From positions 4,333 to 68,332 of the forward strand of contig JBBSKY010000005.1 in assembly GCA_038255915.1 (NCBI GenBank): 64,000 nt of DNA, given 5' to 3'. The notes beneath the pieces were generated by a model. It did no database searches. It saw nothing but the letters and a program-made list of their open reading frames with translations, and had not been told where the DNA came from. This stretch comes from Acidimicrobiales bacterium. Lineage in GTDB: Bacteria > Actinomycetota > Acidimicrobiia > Acidimicrobiales > JAUJNH01. Positions within the stretch are counted from its first letter, which is position 1, and every line of letters begins with the position of its first letter. The position numbers and the translations under genes are program-made. Below are positions 18,362 through 29,749 of the stretch, in pieces.

Positions 18362-20053
18362 GTGTCCGAGGAAACGCCCGCGCCGCGCGTCGTGGCGGAC
18401 CGCTACGTCCTGCGGTCGGTGCGGGGGCGCGGTGGGATGGGGACGGTGTGGGAGGCCGAGGACCGGCTGCTCGAGCGGCGGGTGGCGGTGAAGGAGGTGC
18501 TGCTGCGGGACCGGGGCGCCCTGGGCGACGAGAGCACGCTGCGCCAGCGGGTGCTGCGCGAGGCCCGGGTGGCAGCCCGGGTCAGCCACCCCAACCTGGT
18601 AGCCATCTACGACGTGGTCGACGGCGGCGACCGGGTGTTCCTGGTGCAGGAGTACGTCGACGCCCCCACGCTGCACGACGTGGTGGGCTCCGACGGCCCC
18701 CTCAGCCCGGGCACCGCCGCCGGCCTCGGCCGCCAGGTGCTGGGCGCCCTGGTGGCCCTCCACGACGCCGGGGTGGTGCACCGCGACGTCAAGCCGAGCA
18801 ACGTCCTGGTGACGCCGGGCGGCGGTGTGAAGGTGGCCGACTTCGGCATCGCCCTGATGGAGGGCGACCAGGACCTGACGCTGGCCGGAAGCGTCCTCGG
18901 CTCCCCGGGCTACCTGGCACCCGAGCAGGCCTCGGGCCGGAGGGCTGAGCCGGCCTCGGACCTGTGGGCCTTCGGGGCCACGCTCTGGTTCGCGGTGGAG
19001 GGCCGGGGCCCCTACGGCGACAGCCCCGGCCTGGCCGCCCTGGGCGAGGTGGTGCACGGGCCCGTGCCGGTGGCCGCCGGCGCCGGGGCGCTGGCCCCGG
19101 TCATCGAGGCGTGCCTGCGCAAGGACCCAGCCGCCCGGGCCACCCCTCAGGCGCTGGCCCGCCTGCTCGACGAGGCGGCCGCCGGCCCGCCGGCGGGCCC
19201 GGCCCCGCCCACCGTGGCCGCCCCGGCCCTGACCGCGCCCAGCCCGCCTGTGCCCGTTGCTCCCCCGCCGCCGGCCGCTCCCCCGCCGCCGCCCAGGCCG
19301 CCGCCGCCGGCTCCCGCCGCCCCCGGGCCACCGCTCCCCCCGCGCCGCCCACCGGACCGGTCCGCCCCCCGCCCGTGGCTGCTGGCGCTGGGAGCAGCCG
19401 GGGTGCTCGTCGCCCTGGTGGCCGCCGGCCTGGCCCTGGCCGGCGGCGGGGATCCGGCGCAGACGACCTCCCCCACCACGACGGCCTCGATCAAGGGGGC
19501 AGCGGCCTCGACGACCGTGGCCCGGGGGCCGACCTCGACCCTGGCTCAGTCGGGCTCGGCCACGCCCGGCCCCGGCGGCACGCCAGCCGGCGTCAGCCGC
19601 CACGTCGACGCCGAGGCCGGCTACAGCGTGGCCTACCCGAGCGGGTGGCAGGTGCGAAAGCTCGACGCCACCCGCACCGACCTCATCGACCCGGCGACCG
19701 GCACCTACCTGCGGGTCGACTGGACCAAGGACCCGGCCGACCCCCTCGAGGCGTGGCAGCGCTCCAGCAAGGCGTTCGGGTCGAGCCACCAGGGCTACCA
19801 GGAGATCCGGGTCGCCGAGACCGAGTTCCAGGGCTTCCCCGGCGCCATCTGGGAGTACCGCTACGACGCCGGCGGGGGCCGCCTGCACGCCTCCAACCTC
19901 ACCTTCGTGACCAGCGAGCAGCGGGCCTACGCCCTCAACTTCCAGACCGCCGACAGCCGCTGGGACGCCAGCGACGGCCTCCGCGACCAGCTCGAGGGCT
20001 CGTTTCAGGTTACCGCGCCAGCCAAGAAGAAGGGCGACGACAAGGACGACTGA
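18362..20053 (+). CDS. Membrane Hanks-type Ser/Thr protein kinase with PsbP/DcrB-like extracellular domain
   Basis: GRGGMGTV, VAVK, HRDVKPSN, DFG, YLAPE, DLWAFG; Pro-rich linker, TM helix, C-terminal GYSVAYPSGW domain. Confidence 0.92.
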   Translation: MSEETPAPRVVADRYVLRSVRGRGGMGTVWEAEDRLLERRVAVKEVLLRDRGALGDESTLRQRVLREARVAARVSHPNLVAIYDVVDGGDRVFLVQEYVDAPTLHDVVGSDGPLSPGTAAGLGRQVLGALVALHDAGVVHRDVKPSNVLVTPGGGVKVADFGIALMEGDQDLTLAGSVLGSPGYLAPEQASGRRAEPASDLWAFGATLWFAVEGRGPYGDSPGLAALGEVVHGPVPVAAGAGALAPVIEACLRKDPAARATPQALARLLDEAAAGPPAGPAPPTVAAPALTAPSPPVPVAPPPPAAPPPPPRPPPPAPAAPGPPLPPRRPPDRSAPRPWLLALGAAGVLVALVAAGLALAGGGDPAQTTSPTTTASIKGAAASTTVARGPTSTLAQSGSATPGPGGTPAGVSRHVDAEAGYSVAYPSGWQVRKLDATRTDLIDPATGTYLRVDWTKDPADPLEAWQRSSKAFGSSHQGYQEIRVAETEFQGFPGAIWEYRYDAGGGRLHASNLTFVTSEQRAYALNFQTADSRWDASDGLRDQLEGSFQVTAPAKKKGDDKDD

Positions 20054-20061
20054 CCCCGCCT

Positions 20062-20550
20062 CTACAGGTCGAACAGGCCCTCGGGCACGTCCACCAGGAT
20101 GCGGCCCGGCTCGTGGCCCACCACGAAGGTGACGGGCACCAGGTGGCCGGTGTCGAGGAGGAGGAGGTCGGCGGCCACGCCCTCGTGGACCTCGCTCACG
20201 GTCCCCCGCTCGCCGCCGTCCTGGTCGACCACCACCGAGCCCAGCAGCTCGTGCACCCACAGCTCGTCGGGGTCGGCGATGGCCTCGGCCCGCAGGATCG
20301 CCCCGGGCAGCGCCTCGGCTGCGCTGCGGTCGGCCACCTCGGCGTACTTCACAACCCAGTCCTCGCCGGCGAGGTGGCGGGTCCGCTCCACGGTGAGCGG
20401 CCCGCGTGGGCCCGCGACCGCCGCTCCGGCCGCCCGTCGCTCGGGCCGGTCGGAGGTGAAGCGGACGACCACCTCGCCCCGCACGCCGTGGGCCCGCAGG
20501 ACCCGGCCGACCTCCAGGACCTGTGGCTCGCCCAACGGCGGCTCGCTCAA
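20062..20550 (-). CDS. rimM: Ribosome maturation factor RimM
   Basis: VGRVLRAHGVRGEV, DRSAAEAL.G, VDVPEGLFDL. Confidence 0.93.
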   Translation of the reverse strand: MSEPPLGEPQVLEVGRVLRAHGVRGEVVVRFTSDRPERRAAGAAVAGPRGPLTVERTRHLAGEDWVVKYAEVADRSAAEALPGAILRAEAIADPDELWVHELLGSVVVDQDGGERGTVSEVHEGVAADLLLLDTGHLVPVTFVVGHEPGRILVDVPEGLFDL

Positions 20551-20560
20551 AGGAGCGCCT

Positions 20561-20857
20561 TCAGTCGTCTATGGCGACGTTGGCCTCGACGCCGTCGCGG
20601 GCGCCGGCGGCCCGCACCACGGTGCGCATGGCCTGCACCACGCGGCCCCGTCGGCCGATGACCTTGCCCATGTCCTCGGGGGCGACGTTCAGGTGCAGCT
20701 CGATGCCGCGGCGGCGCTCCTCGACCTCGACCGAGATGGCGTCGGGGTCGTCCACGATGTGGCGCACCACGTACTCGAGGACGGCCTGGGCTGTCCCCCC
20801 GCCGCCGCCGCCCTCGGCCGCGTCGTCGACCTCGACCTCGGGATCGAGGTTGCTCAT
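20561..20857 (-). CDS. khpA: KH-domain RNA-binding protein KhpA
   Basis: [20 protein letters not shown]; between rpsP and rimM; ATG overlaps the rpsP stop. Confidence 0.92.
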   Translation of the reverse strand: MSNLDPEVEVDDAAEGGGGGGTAQAVLEYVVRHIVDDPDAISVEVEERRRGIELHLNVAPEDMGKVIGRRGRVVQAMRTVVRAAGARDGVEANVAIDD

Positions 20858-21138
20858 GTGGAGGTCTTGGAGGCGGCCTTGCCCTCCTCGAAGGTGGCCC
20901 ACGTGCCCGTCTGGGTCAGCAGCTTGCGCACCCGGTCGGTGGGCTGGGCCCCGTTGCGCAGGTAGCCGAGCGCCTTGTCGCCGTCGATCAGCACCCGGCT
21001 CGGGTCCTGGCGGGGCTCGTAGGTGCCGATGATCTCGATGAACCGGCCGTCGCGGGGCGAGCGGCTGTCGGCTGCCACCACCCGGTAGGTCGGCTGCTTG
21101 GTCTTGCCCATTCGCATCAGGCGGAGCTTCACGGCCAT
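20854..21138 (-). CDS. rpsP: 30S ribosomal protein S16
   Basis: [33 protein letters not shown]. Confidence 0.98.
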   Translation of the reverse strand: MAVKLRLMRMGKTKQPTYRVVAADSRSPRDGRFIEIIGTYEPRQDPSRVLIDGDKALGYLRNGAQPTDRVRKLLTQTGTWATFEEGKAASKTST

Positions 21139-21156
21139 GGGTTCAGGTTCTCTCTC

Positions 21157-22503
<1,347 letters not shown>

Positions 22504-22544
22504 GGGCGGTCGGCCATCCTACCGGAGGCCGCCCGCAGGGCTGA

Positions 22545-23744
22545 CTACTCGCTGAAGAGGGCGTCGACGAACTCGTCGGGGTCGAAGTCGACCAGGTCAT
22601 CCGCAGTCTCGCCCAGGCCCACCAGCTTGATGGGGATGCCGAGCTCGGTCTGGATGGCCAGGGCAATGCCGCCCTTGGCCGTCCCGTCGAGCTTGGTGAG
22701 GACGACCCCCGTCAGCTCCACCGCCTCGGTGAACTGCTTGGCCTGGACCAGGCCGTTCTGGCCGGTGGTGGCGTCGAGGACGAGCAGCACCTCGGTGACC
22801 TGGCCCTCGGCCTTGTCGGCCACCCGTCGCACCTTCTTCAGCTCCTCCATCAGGTTGACCTTGGTGTGGAGGCGGCCGGCGGTGTCGCCCAGCACCAGGT
22901 CCTTCTTGCGGGCGGCGGCGGCGGAGATGGCGTCGAAGACGATCGAGCCAGGGTCGGCGCCCTCGGCGCCCCGGATGATGTCGGCGCCGGCCCGCTCGGC
23001 CCACACCTGCAGCTGGTCGGCGGCGGCGGCCCGGAAGGTGTCGCCGGCGGCCATCACCACGGTTCGGCCCAGGGCGGCCTGGGCCTTGGCCACCTTTCCG
23101 ATGGTGGTGGTCTTGCCCACCCCGTTCACGCCCACGAACAGCCAGACGTTGGGCGGTCCGGGCTCGAAGCGCAGACCACGGTCGGTGCTGGCCAGCGACT
23201 TCTTCAGGTCCTCCTTCAGGATCTCCAGCAGCTGGGCGCCCTCGGTGACGTTCTCGGCGGCGGCCCGGGCCCGCAGCGCCTCGAGCAGCCGGTTGGTGGT
23301 GGCCACCCCGACATCGGCCCGGATCAGCACCTCCTCGAGGTCCTCCCAGGTCTCCTCCGACACCTTCCGGCCCCGGATTCCCTGCAGGTAGCCGGCGAAC
23401 AGCCCTCGGGCCTTGGACAGCCGGTCCCGGAAGCGGGGCCGGCGGGCCGGCTCGACCTCGACGTCCGGCTCGATGACCGCCTCGATGCCGGGCTCCAGCT
23501 CGACGACGGTTTGCACCTCGACGTCCGGCCCGACCTCGGCCAGCGCCTCCTCGACCCGCTCGGCCAGGTCGGCCGGCACCTCCTCGACCCGGTCCTCGAC
23601 CGCGGTACCCCCGCCGCTCGGCTTGAGGATGGGGGTCCCAGGTGGCTCGAGCTCGGGCCCTCGGCTCCGGTTGCGGGTCGCCGCGAAGGTGGCGCCACCG
23701 ACAACGAGGACGGCCAGGATGACGATCAGAAGGATGGGCTCCAT
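22545..23744 (-). CDS. ftsY: SRP receptor FtsY
   Basis: N-terminal TM helix, GVNGVGKTTT, DTFRAAA, DTAGRLH, TKLDGTAKGG. Confidence 0.97.
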   Translation of the reverse strand: MEPILLIVILAVLVVGGATFAATRNRSRGPELEPPGTPILKPSGGGTAVEDRVEEVPADLAERVEEALAEVGPDVEVQTVVELEPGIEAVIEPDVEVEPARRPRFRDRLSKARGLFAGYLQGIRGRKVSEETWEDLEEVLIRADVGVATTNRLLEALRARAAAENVTEGAQLLEILKEDLKKSLASTDRGLRFEPGPPNVWLFVGVNGVGKTTTIGKVAKAQAALGRTVVMAAGDTFRAAAADQLQVWAERAGADIIRGAEGADPGSIVFDAISAAAARKKDLVLGDTAGRLHTKVNLMEELKKVRRVADKAEGQVTEVLLVLDATTGQNGLVQAKQFTEAVELTGVVLTKLDGTAKGGIALAIQTELGIPIKLVGLGETADDLVDFDPDEFVDALFSE

Positions 23745-23831
23745 ACCGGCCGAGACCCTACGAGAACCCCCGCCCCTCGATCGCCTCGGGATCTGGTGCC
23801 GCGGCGCCCGCCTCCTTCCGACCGGGCGGGC

Positions 23832-26800
23832 TCAGGCGCCGGCGCGCACCCGCTCGCTGACCACCCGGGACGAGCCGCCGGGCTGCATGGTGACGCCGTA
23901 GAGGCAGTCGGCGGCCTCCATCGTTCGCTTCTGGTGGCTGACGATGAGGATCTGGGCCTCGGTGCGGAACTCGTCGAGCAGGCCGAGGAAGCGGTGGAGG
24001 TTGACGTCGTCGAGGGCCGCCTCGACCTCGTCCATCAGGTAGAAGGGCGACGGGCGGCTGCGGAACACCGCGAACAGCAGGGCCAGCGCCACCAGGCTGC
24101 GCTCGCCGCCCGAGAGCAACGCCAGTGACTTGACGTTCTTGCCCGACGGCTTGGCCTCGACCTCGATGCCGGTGTTGAGCAGGTCGTCGGGGTCGGTGAG
24201 GCGGAGGCGGCCGGTGCCGCCGGGGAACAGCCCGGTGAAGAGGTGGTCGAAGCTGGCCGACACATCCGCGTAGGCGGCGCTGAACACCTCGACGATCTCG
24301 ACGTCGATGGCCCGCACCACCTTGGCCAGCTCGCGGCGGCTCGACTTCACGTCGTCCAGTTCGGCCTCGAGGAAGTCGGCCCGCTCCTCCAGGCCGGTCA
24401 GCTCCTCCAGGGCCAGGGGGTTGACCGGGCCCATCAGCCGCAGGTCGCGCTCGAGGGCCTCGACCCGCCGCTCGGCGGTGGTCCCCTCGGGCAGCTCGGG
24501 CGCCGGGGCAGCCAGCGCCGCCTCGGGCTCGACCCGCAGCTCGCGGCGCAGGGTGTCAACGGCGGCCTCCAGACGGAGGCGGGTCTCGGCCTCGGTGACC
24601 TCGGCCCGCTGCTGGCGGTCGCGCACCTCGCTCAGGGCGAGGTCGGCCGCCTGCCGCTCGCCGCGCAGGCCGGCCAGGCGCTCGGTGGCCGCCCGGGTGA
24701 GGGCCGACTGGCGGGCCCGGCGCTCGCGCAGGCCGGCGAGCAGCCGCTCCAGCTCGTCGCCCCGCTGCTGGAGCTGGTCGGCCAGGGCACCAAGCGTGGC
24801 CGACTGGTCCTCCAACCCCAGGCGGCGGGCGCCGGCGTCGGCCCGCTCGGACTCGAAGCGGCGGAGCCGCTCCTCGACCTCGGCCTGGCGGCGGGTGAGG
24901 AAGCCCCGGCGCTCCTCCAGGCTGGTCGCCTTCACCGTGAGGTCCCGGCGGACGGCGGCCACGGCCCGCTCCTGGTCCTGGAGCCGCCCCCGGGCCGCCT
25001 GGCGGGCCAGCTTCTCCTCACCCCGGGCCGCCTCCTCGGCCTCGAGGGCGGGAAGCAGGTCGGCGAGCTCGGTGACCCGCGCCCCTTCCCGCTCCACCCG
25101 GGCGGCCAGCTCGTCGGCGTCGGCCCGCAGCGCCTGGGCCTCGGTGCCGACGTCGCGCTGCTCCCCCTCGACCCGTCCGAGGGCGGTGGTGGCCGCCGTG
25201 CGCCGGGCCGCGTTGTGCTGGACGGCCTCCTGGGCGGCCTCCAGCGCCCGCCGGGCCTGGTGCAGCAGGGTGCGGGCCTCGAGCCGGGCGGCGCCGGCGG
25301 CCTCGGCTGCGGCCACGGCGACTGCCGCCGCGCCGACCGCCTCGTCCAGCGACGCGCCGGTGGCGCCGCTGGCCCCGGTCCCGGTGCGCCAGGCGGTGGT
25401 GGCGAAGCGGTCGCCGCCCCGGGTGACCACGACGAGGTCGGGGCGCTCGAGGGCCAGGTCGAGCGCCTCCTCCCAGCCGCCCGGCACGCACACGGCCGAG
25501 GCGAGCAGCACGTCGAGGAGGGCGTCGAGCCCGGGCAGGCGGCTGCGGACGTGGGTGCGGACCGGCTCGATGCCGGGCACCTCGGGCAGGAAGGGCAGGG
25601 CGACCGAGGTGCCGGCGTCGGGCAGGGCGATCACCGCGCCGCCGGCCCGGCCGTCGGTGAGCGAGCGCAGGGCGGCTCGAGCCGACGCCGAACCGTCGAC
25701 GACCACCGCAGCCACCGCCTCGCCGCAGGCCGCCTCGAAGGCGCCCTCGAAGCCCTCGTCCAGCTCGACCAGCTCCAGGAGGGTGCCCACCACGCCGGCC
25801 ACCCCGGCCAGCCGCTCGGCGCCGGCCCGGGCCCGGGCCTCGTCGAGGGCGGCGGCCAGGGCCTCGGCCCTGGCCTCGGACCGGTGGCGCTCGGCCGCGG
25901 CCGCGTCGGTGGCGGCGTCGGCCTGGGCCAGGGCCTGGGCCAGGCCGGCCTGGCGGGAGGTGGCCTGGGCCAGGGCGTCGGCCAGATCGGACTCGGCGGC
26001 CGAGGCGGCCTCGGCCTCGGCCGCCAGCGCCGCCGCCTCGGTGGCCAGGCGGTCGGCCCGGGCGGCCAGGGCATCGAGGCGGGCGGTGGTCCTGGCGTGC
26101 TGCACCTGGGTGCGCTCGGCCCCCTGGCGGAGGGCGCCCAGCTCGCCTCGCACCTCGGCTGCGCTCAACGTCGGTTGCTGCTCGGGCGCCGCCGGCCACA
26201 GCTCGGCCTGGCCCCACGCCACCTCGAAGCGTTCCCGCTCGGCAGCCAGCTCGGCCTCGGCCCACTCCAGGGCCTGGGCCTCGGGCTCCTGGCCTCGGGC
26301 CGCCACCTCGACCTCGGCCAGCTCGGCGGCCAGGCGGGCGGCGTCGGCCTCGAGGCTGGCCGCCACGCTCTCGTCGGCCTGGGCCCGCAGGGCCCGTTCG
26401 ATGCTGCGCCGCCGCTCGGCCACCACCCCGGCCAGGCCCAGGGCCCGCTCCCGCAGCGCCTCGGCCCGGGTGAGGTCGTCGGACAGGTCCTCCGACCCGG
26501 CGACCGCCGCCACCCCCGACACCTCCGCCTCGGCCTGGGTGACCTCGGCGTCGAGCCCGGCCAGGGTGTGGCGCAGCCCGGCCTCAGTGCGCCCCAGCTG
26601 GGCCCTGGCCTCCTCGGCGCCGGCCAGCCGCTGGCGAAGGGTGGCCAGCTCCCGCCCGGCGAGGTGGGTGCGCAGGGCGGCCAGCTCGGCCTCCACGCCG
26701 TCGCGGCGGCGGGCCGCGTCGGCCTGGCGACGCAGCGGCCCCAGCTGGCGGCGCACCTCGCGCACCAGGTCCTGGGCCCGCAGCAGGTCGGCCTCGGTGC

Positions 26801-27347
26801 TGTCCATGCGGCGCATGGCCTTCTCCCGCCGGCGCCGGTGCTTGAGGACCCCGGCGGCCTCCTCGATGATGCCGCGCCGCTCCTCGGGGCGGGCGTTGAG
26901 CACGGCGTCGAGCTGGCCCTGGTTGACGATCACGTGCTGGGTGCGGCCCACCCCGGAATCGGACAGCAGGTCCTGCACGTCGAGGAGGCGGCACGGGGCG
27001 CCGTTGATCTCGTACTCGCTGTCCCCGCTGCGGAACAGCCGGCGGGTGACCGTCACCTCGGTGAGGTCGAGGGCCAGGCGCCCGTCGGAGTTGTCGATGG
27101 TGAGGCTCACCTCCGCCCGGCCCAGCTGCTGGCGCCCGCTCGTCCCGGCGAAGATGACGTCGTCCATCTTGGTGCTGCGCACGCTCTTGGGCGACTGGCT
27201 GCCCAGCACCCAGGCCACGGCGTCGACGATGTTCGACTTGCCCGAGCCGTTCGGCCCCACCACCACGCACACCCCGGGCTCGAGGTCGAGCGTCACCGGG
27301 TCGGCGAAGGACTTGAACCCCTTCAGGGTCAGCTGTCGCAGGTGCAT
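23832..27347 (-). CDS. smc: Chromosome segregation protein SMC
   Basis: GFKSF, GPNGSGKSN, coiled coils and hinge, LSGGE, LMDEVEAALD. Confidence 0.97.
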   Translation of the reverse strand: MHLRQLTLKGFKSFADPVTLDLEPGVCVVVGPNGSGKSNIVDAVAWVLGSQSPKSVRSTKMDDVIFAGTSGRQQLGRAEVSLTIDNSDGRLALDLTEVTVTRRLFRSGDSEYEINGAPCRLLDVQDLLSDSGVGRTQHVIVNQGQLDAVLNARPEERRGIIEEAAGVLKHRRRREKAMRRMDSTEADLLRAQDLVREVRRQLGPLRRQADAARRRDGVEAELAALRTHLAGRELATLRQRLAGAEEARAQLGRTEAGLRHTLAGLDAEVTQAEAEVSGVAAVAGSEDLSDDLTRAEALRERALGLAGVVAERRRSIERALRAQADESVAASLEADAARLAAELAEVEVAARGQEPEAQALEWAEAELAAERERFEVAWGQAELWPAAPEQQPTLSAAEVRGELGALRQGAERTQVQHARTTARLDALAARADRLATEAAALAAEAEAASAAESDLADALAQATSRQAGLAQALAQADAATDAAAAERHRSEARAEALAAALDEARARAGAERLAGVAGVVGTLLELVELDEGFEGAFEAACGEAVAAVVVDGSASARAALRSLTDGRAGGAVIALPDAGTSVALPFLPEVPGIEPVRTHVRSRLPGLDALLDVLLASAVCVPGGWEEALDLALERPDLVVVTRGGDRFATTAWRTGTGASGATGASLDEAVGAAAVAVAAAEAAGAARLEARTLLHQARRALEAAQEAVQHNAARRTAATTALGRVEGEQRDVGTEAQALRADADELAARVEREGARVTELADLLPALEAEEAARGEEKLARQAARGRLQDQERAVAAVRRDLTVKATSLEERRGFLTRRQAEVEERLRRFESERADAGARRLGLEDQSATLGALADQLQQRGDELERLLAGLRERRARQSALTRAATERLAGLRGERQAADLALSEVRDRQQRAEVTEAETRLRLEAAVDTLRRELRVEPEAALAAPAPELPEGTTAERRVEALERDLRLMGPVNPLALEELTGLEERADFLEAELDDVKSSRRELAKVVRAIDVEIVEVFSAAYADVSASFDHLFTGLFPGGTGRLRLTDPDDLLNTGIEVEAKPSGKNVKSLALLSGGERSLVALALLFAVFRSRPSPFYLMDEVEAALDDVNLHRFLGLLDEFRTEAQILIVSHQKRTMEAADCLYGVTMQPGGSSRVVSERVRAGA

Positions 27348-27360
27348 GCCGGGCCGAAGG

Positions 27361-27825
27361 CTACCGGGAGGCCTCAGGCGGAGACCCTCCGAGGGCGGTG
27401 TGCCGGAACTGGCGGATCCCCCTGTCGATGACCCACTCGTGGCCCCAGGTCACCATCGGCCGGGCCACGGCGGCGAAGGTGCGGAGGGCCCCCGCCGCCG
27501 GCGCCAGGTCGGAGACGACGTGGACCACGGTCGTCCAACCCTCGCCGGCCGACAGGTCGACCCGGGCCGTCCCCGTGATGTCCCCCTCGATGGTGGCCTC
27601 AATCGAACGCTCCGCCACCACCTCACCGATGGTGATCGTGAAGTGCAGCGAGTAGGGCAGTGGGGGCTGGACGTGGCATGACCACACATCGCCGGTCACC
27701 AGGCCGGCGGCGTGCAGGCTGCGCAGCCACGGCCACCACTGGGTGTAGGCACCGGTATGGGTCATCGCCTCCCACACCTCGGCGGGTGGTTTGGCGAAGA
27801 CGATGCACCGATCGGTTCCGATCAC
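27361..27825 (-). CDS. SRPBCC/polyketide-cyclase-like protein
   Basis: PAEVWEAM...YTQWWPWL...GDITGTA START-fold pattern. Confidence 0.75.
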   Translation of the reverse strand: MIGTDRCIVFAKPPAEVWEAMTHTGAYTQWWPWLRSLHAAGLVTGDVWSCHVQPPLPYSLHFTITIGEVVAERSIEATIEGDITGTARVDLSAGEGWTTVVHVVSDLAPAAGALRTFAAVARPMVTWGHEWVIDRGIRQFRHTALGGSPPEASR

Positions 27826-27843
27826 CCCCGGCGACGCCGCCCA

Positions 27844-28680
27844 CTAGACCTGGCAGCTGGGGCAGAAGAAGGTGCTGCGCTGGGCGAACTTGACCCGGGC
27901 GATGGTGGCCCGGCACCGCAGGCAGCGCTTGCCCTCCCGGGCGTAGACCTGGTGCTGCTCCTGGAACTTGCCGATGCGGCCGAACAGGTCGACGTACTGC
28001 TCGTCGGCCAGGCTCGATCCCCGGGCCTTGATGGCCTCGGTGAGCACCTCGGTCATGCCCCGCCACAGCCGGCGGGCCTCCTGGGGGCTGATCGATGCCG
28101 AGTCGCGGTCGTAGCGCAGCCCAGCGGCGAAGAGGATCTCGTCGGCATAGAGGTTGCCGATGCCGGCGATGAAGGTCTGGTCCATCAGCAGCGACTTCAG
28201 CTTGGCCTTGCGGGCCCGCACCATCAGGCCGAACTTCTCCCACGACATCGGGGTCTCGAGCGGGTCGAATCCGAGGTGGGCCAGCTCGGGGACCGTCGCC
28301 TCGAGGGCTTCGGGGGTGGTGACGAACAGCTCGCCGAAGGTGCGGGGGTCGACGAAGCGCACCTGCAGGGCGCCGGGCGGCGAGAAGGCGAGGACGGCGT
28401 GGGTGTGCTTGTCGAGCGGATCTTTCGGGGTGGCCTTCAGCAGCTGGCCGCTCATCCGCAGGTGGATGACGAGCACGTCGGGCCCGTCCAGCCGCACCAC
28501 CAGGTACTTGCCCCGCCGGTCGACACCGAGGATCTTGCGGCCCTCGAGCCGCTCCTTGAACTCGGCCGGGCGGCGGCGCACCGTGCGCTGGCCGGTGACC
28601 GTCACCTCCTTCAGCTTCTTGCCCACGACCTCTTTCTCGAGGTCGCGGCGGATCGTCTCGACCTCCGGGAGCTCAGGCAC
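27844..28680 (-). CDS. mutM: Formamidopyrimidine-DNA glycosylase
   Basis: PELPEVET, RRGKY, HLRMSG, GIGNLYADE, C-terminal Zn finger. Confidence 0.97.
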   Translation of the reverse strand: MPELPEVETIRRDLEKEVVGKKLKEVTVTGQRTVRRRPAEFKERLEGRKILGVDRRGKYLVVRLDGPDVLVIHLRMSGQLLKATPKDPLDKHTHAVLAFSPPGALQVRFVDPRTFGELFVTTPEALEATVPELAHLGFDPLETPMSWEKFGLMVRARKAKLKSLLMDQTFIAGIGNLYADEILFAAGLRYDRDSASISPQEARRLWRGMTEVLTEAIKARGSSLADEQYVDLFGRIGKFQEQHQVYAREGKRCLRCRATIARVKFAQRSTFFCPSCQV

Positions 28681-29428
28681 CGTTCAGGCTCCGGGACGCG
28701 GAAGCGGAGGCCGCCTCCTCGGCGGCGGCCTCCTCGGACAGCACGGCCCACGCCTCGCGGGCGGCGGCCTGCTCGGCCTGCTTCTTCGACCGGCCCTCAC
28801 CACCCTCCCACCGGCGCCCGTCGAGCACGACGGAGGCGACGAAGCGCTTGGCATGGTCGGGGCCCTCGTCAACCACCGAGTAGGAGGGCAGCCGCCCGAA
28901 GCGGCTCGATGCCAGCTCCTGGAGACGGGTCTTGTGGTCCTGGCCGCCCGGCCCGGCGGTGGCCTCGATGATCCGGTCGCCGAGGAGGCGCAGCACCAGG
29001 TCCCGGGCCGCCAGCCAGCCGCCGTCGAGGTAGGTGGCTCCGATCAACGCCTCCATGGCGTCGGCCAGGATGGACGGCTTCTCGCTGCCGCCGCTGGTGC
29101 CCTCACCCTTGCCCAGCAGCAGGGCGCGGCCCACATCGAGCTCGGCGGCCACCTCGGCCAGGGTGGCCGAGCTCACGACCGCGGCCCGCACCTTGGCCAG
29201 CTGGCCCTCGGGCAGCTCGGGATCGCGGCCGAAGATGTGGTCGGTGACCACCAGGCCGAGGACGGCGTCGCCCAGGAACTCCAGCCGCTCGTTGGAGACC
29301 GCCGGGGGGTTCTCGGCGCACCAGGACCGGTGGGCCACCGCCCGCTCGAGCAGGGAGCGATCGACGAAGCCCCACCCCAACCGGTGGGCCAGGGCGTCGA
29401 GCTGCGCGTCGTGGCCGAGGCCGGACAG
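28673..29428 (-). CDS. rnc: Ribonuclease III
   Basis: AHRSW, NERLEFLGDAVL, ADAMEALIGA and dsRBD. First canonical start is TTG 29380, but homology appears to extend upstream to CTG 29428. Confidence 0.95.
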   Translation of the reverse strand: MSGLGHDAQLDALAHRLGWGFVDRSLLERAVAHRSWCAENPPAVSNERLEFLGDAVLGLVVTDHIFGRDPELPEGQLAKVRAAVVSSATLAEVAAELDVGRALLLGKGEGTSGGSEKPSILADAMEALIGATYLDGGWLAARDLVLRLLGDRIIEATAGPGGQDHKTRLQELASSRFGRLPSYSVVDEGPDHAKRFVASVVLDGRRWEGGEGRSKKQAEQAAAREAWAVLSEEAAAEEAASASASRSLNGA

Positions 29429-29431
29429 CGC

Positions 29432-29725
29432 CTACGCCCCGAGCTTGGCGACGACGTAGTCCACGGCGTCGCGCACCACCTTCAGGTCCTCGAGGTCCTC
29501 ATCCTCGATGCGGAAGCCGACCGATCGCTCGCTGAGGTCCTCCTCCAGCGCCTCGACCAGCTCGATCAGGGCCAGGCTGTCGGCGTCGAGGTCGTCGGCG
29601 AACGAGGCGCCCTCGGTGATCTTGGCCGGCTCGATCTCCAGGATCTCGGCCAGGCTGTCCTGGATCAACTTGAAGACCTCATCGCGGCTCATGGGGTTTC
29701 CACTCACATGGGTCTCGGCAGGCAC
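29432..29725 (-). CDS. acpP: Acyl carrier protein
   Basis: FADDLDADSLALIEL phosphopantetheine motif; TATGAT -10 6 nt before the GTG. Confidence 0.93.
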   Translation of the reverse strand: MPAETHVSGNPMSRDEVFKLIQDSLAEILEIEPAKITEGASFADDLDADSLALIELVEALEEDLSERSVGFRIEDEDLEDLKVVRDAVDYVVAKLGA

Positions 29726-29749
29726 GGCCGGATCATAGCCAGCCCGGGG

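Noticed and set aside
19180-19370. C-rich repetitive DNA
   Set aside because: Explained by the Pro-rich kinase linker; likewise the ACC repeats at 58190-58305 encode the VanW Thr-rich tail.
24243-27681. 1062-aa and 1124-aa plus-strand ORFs
   Set aside because: Antisense shadows of smc; high-GC codon bias suppresses stops; no motifs.
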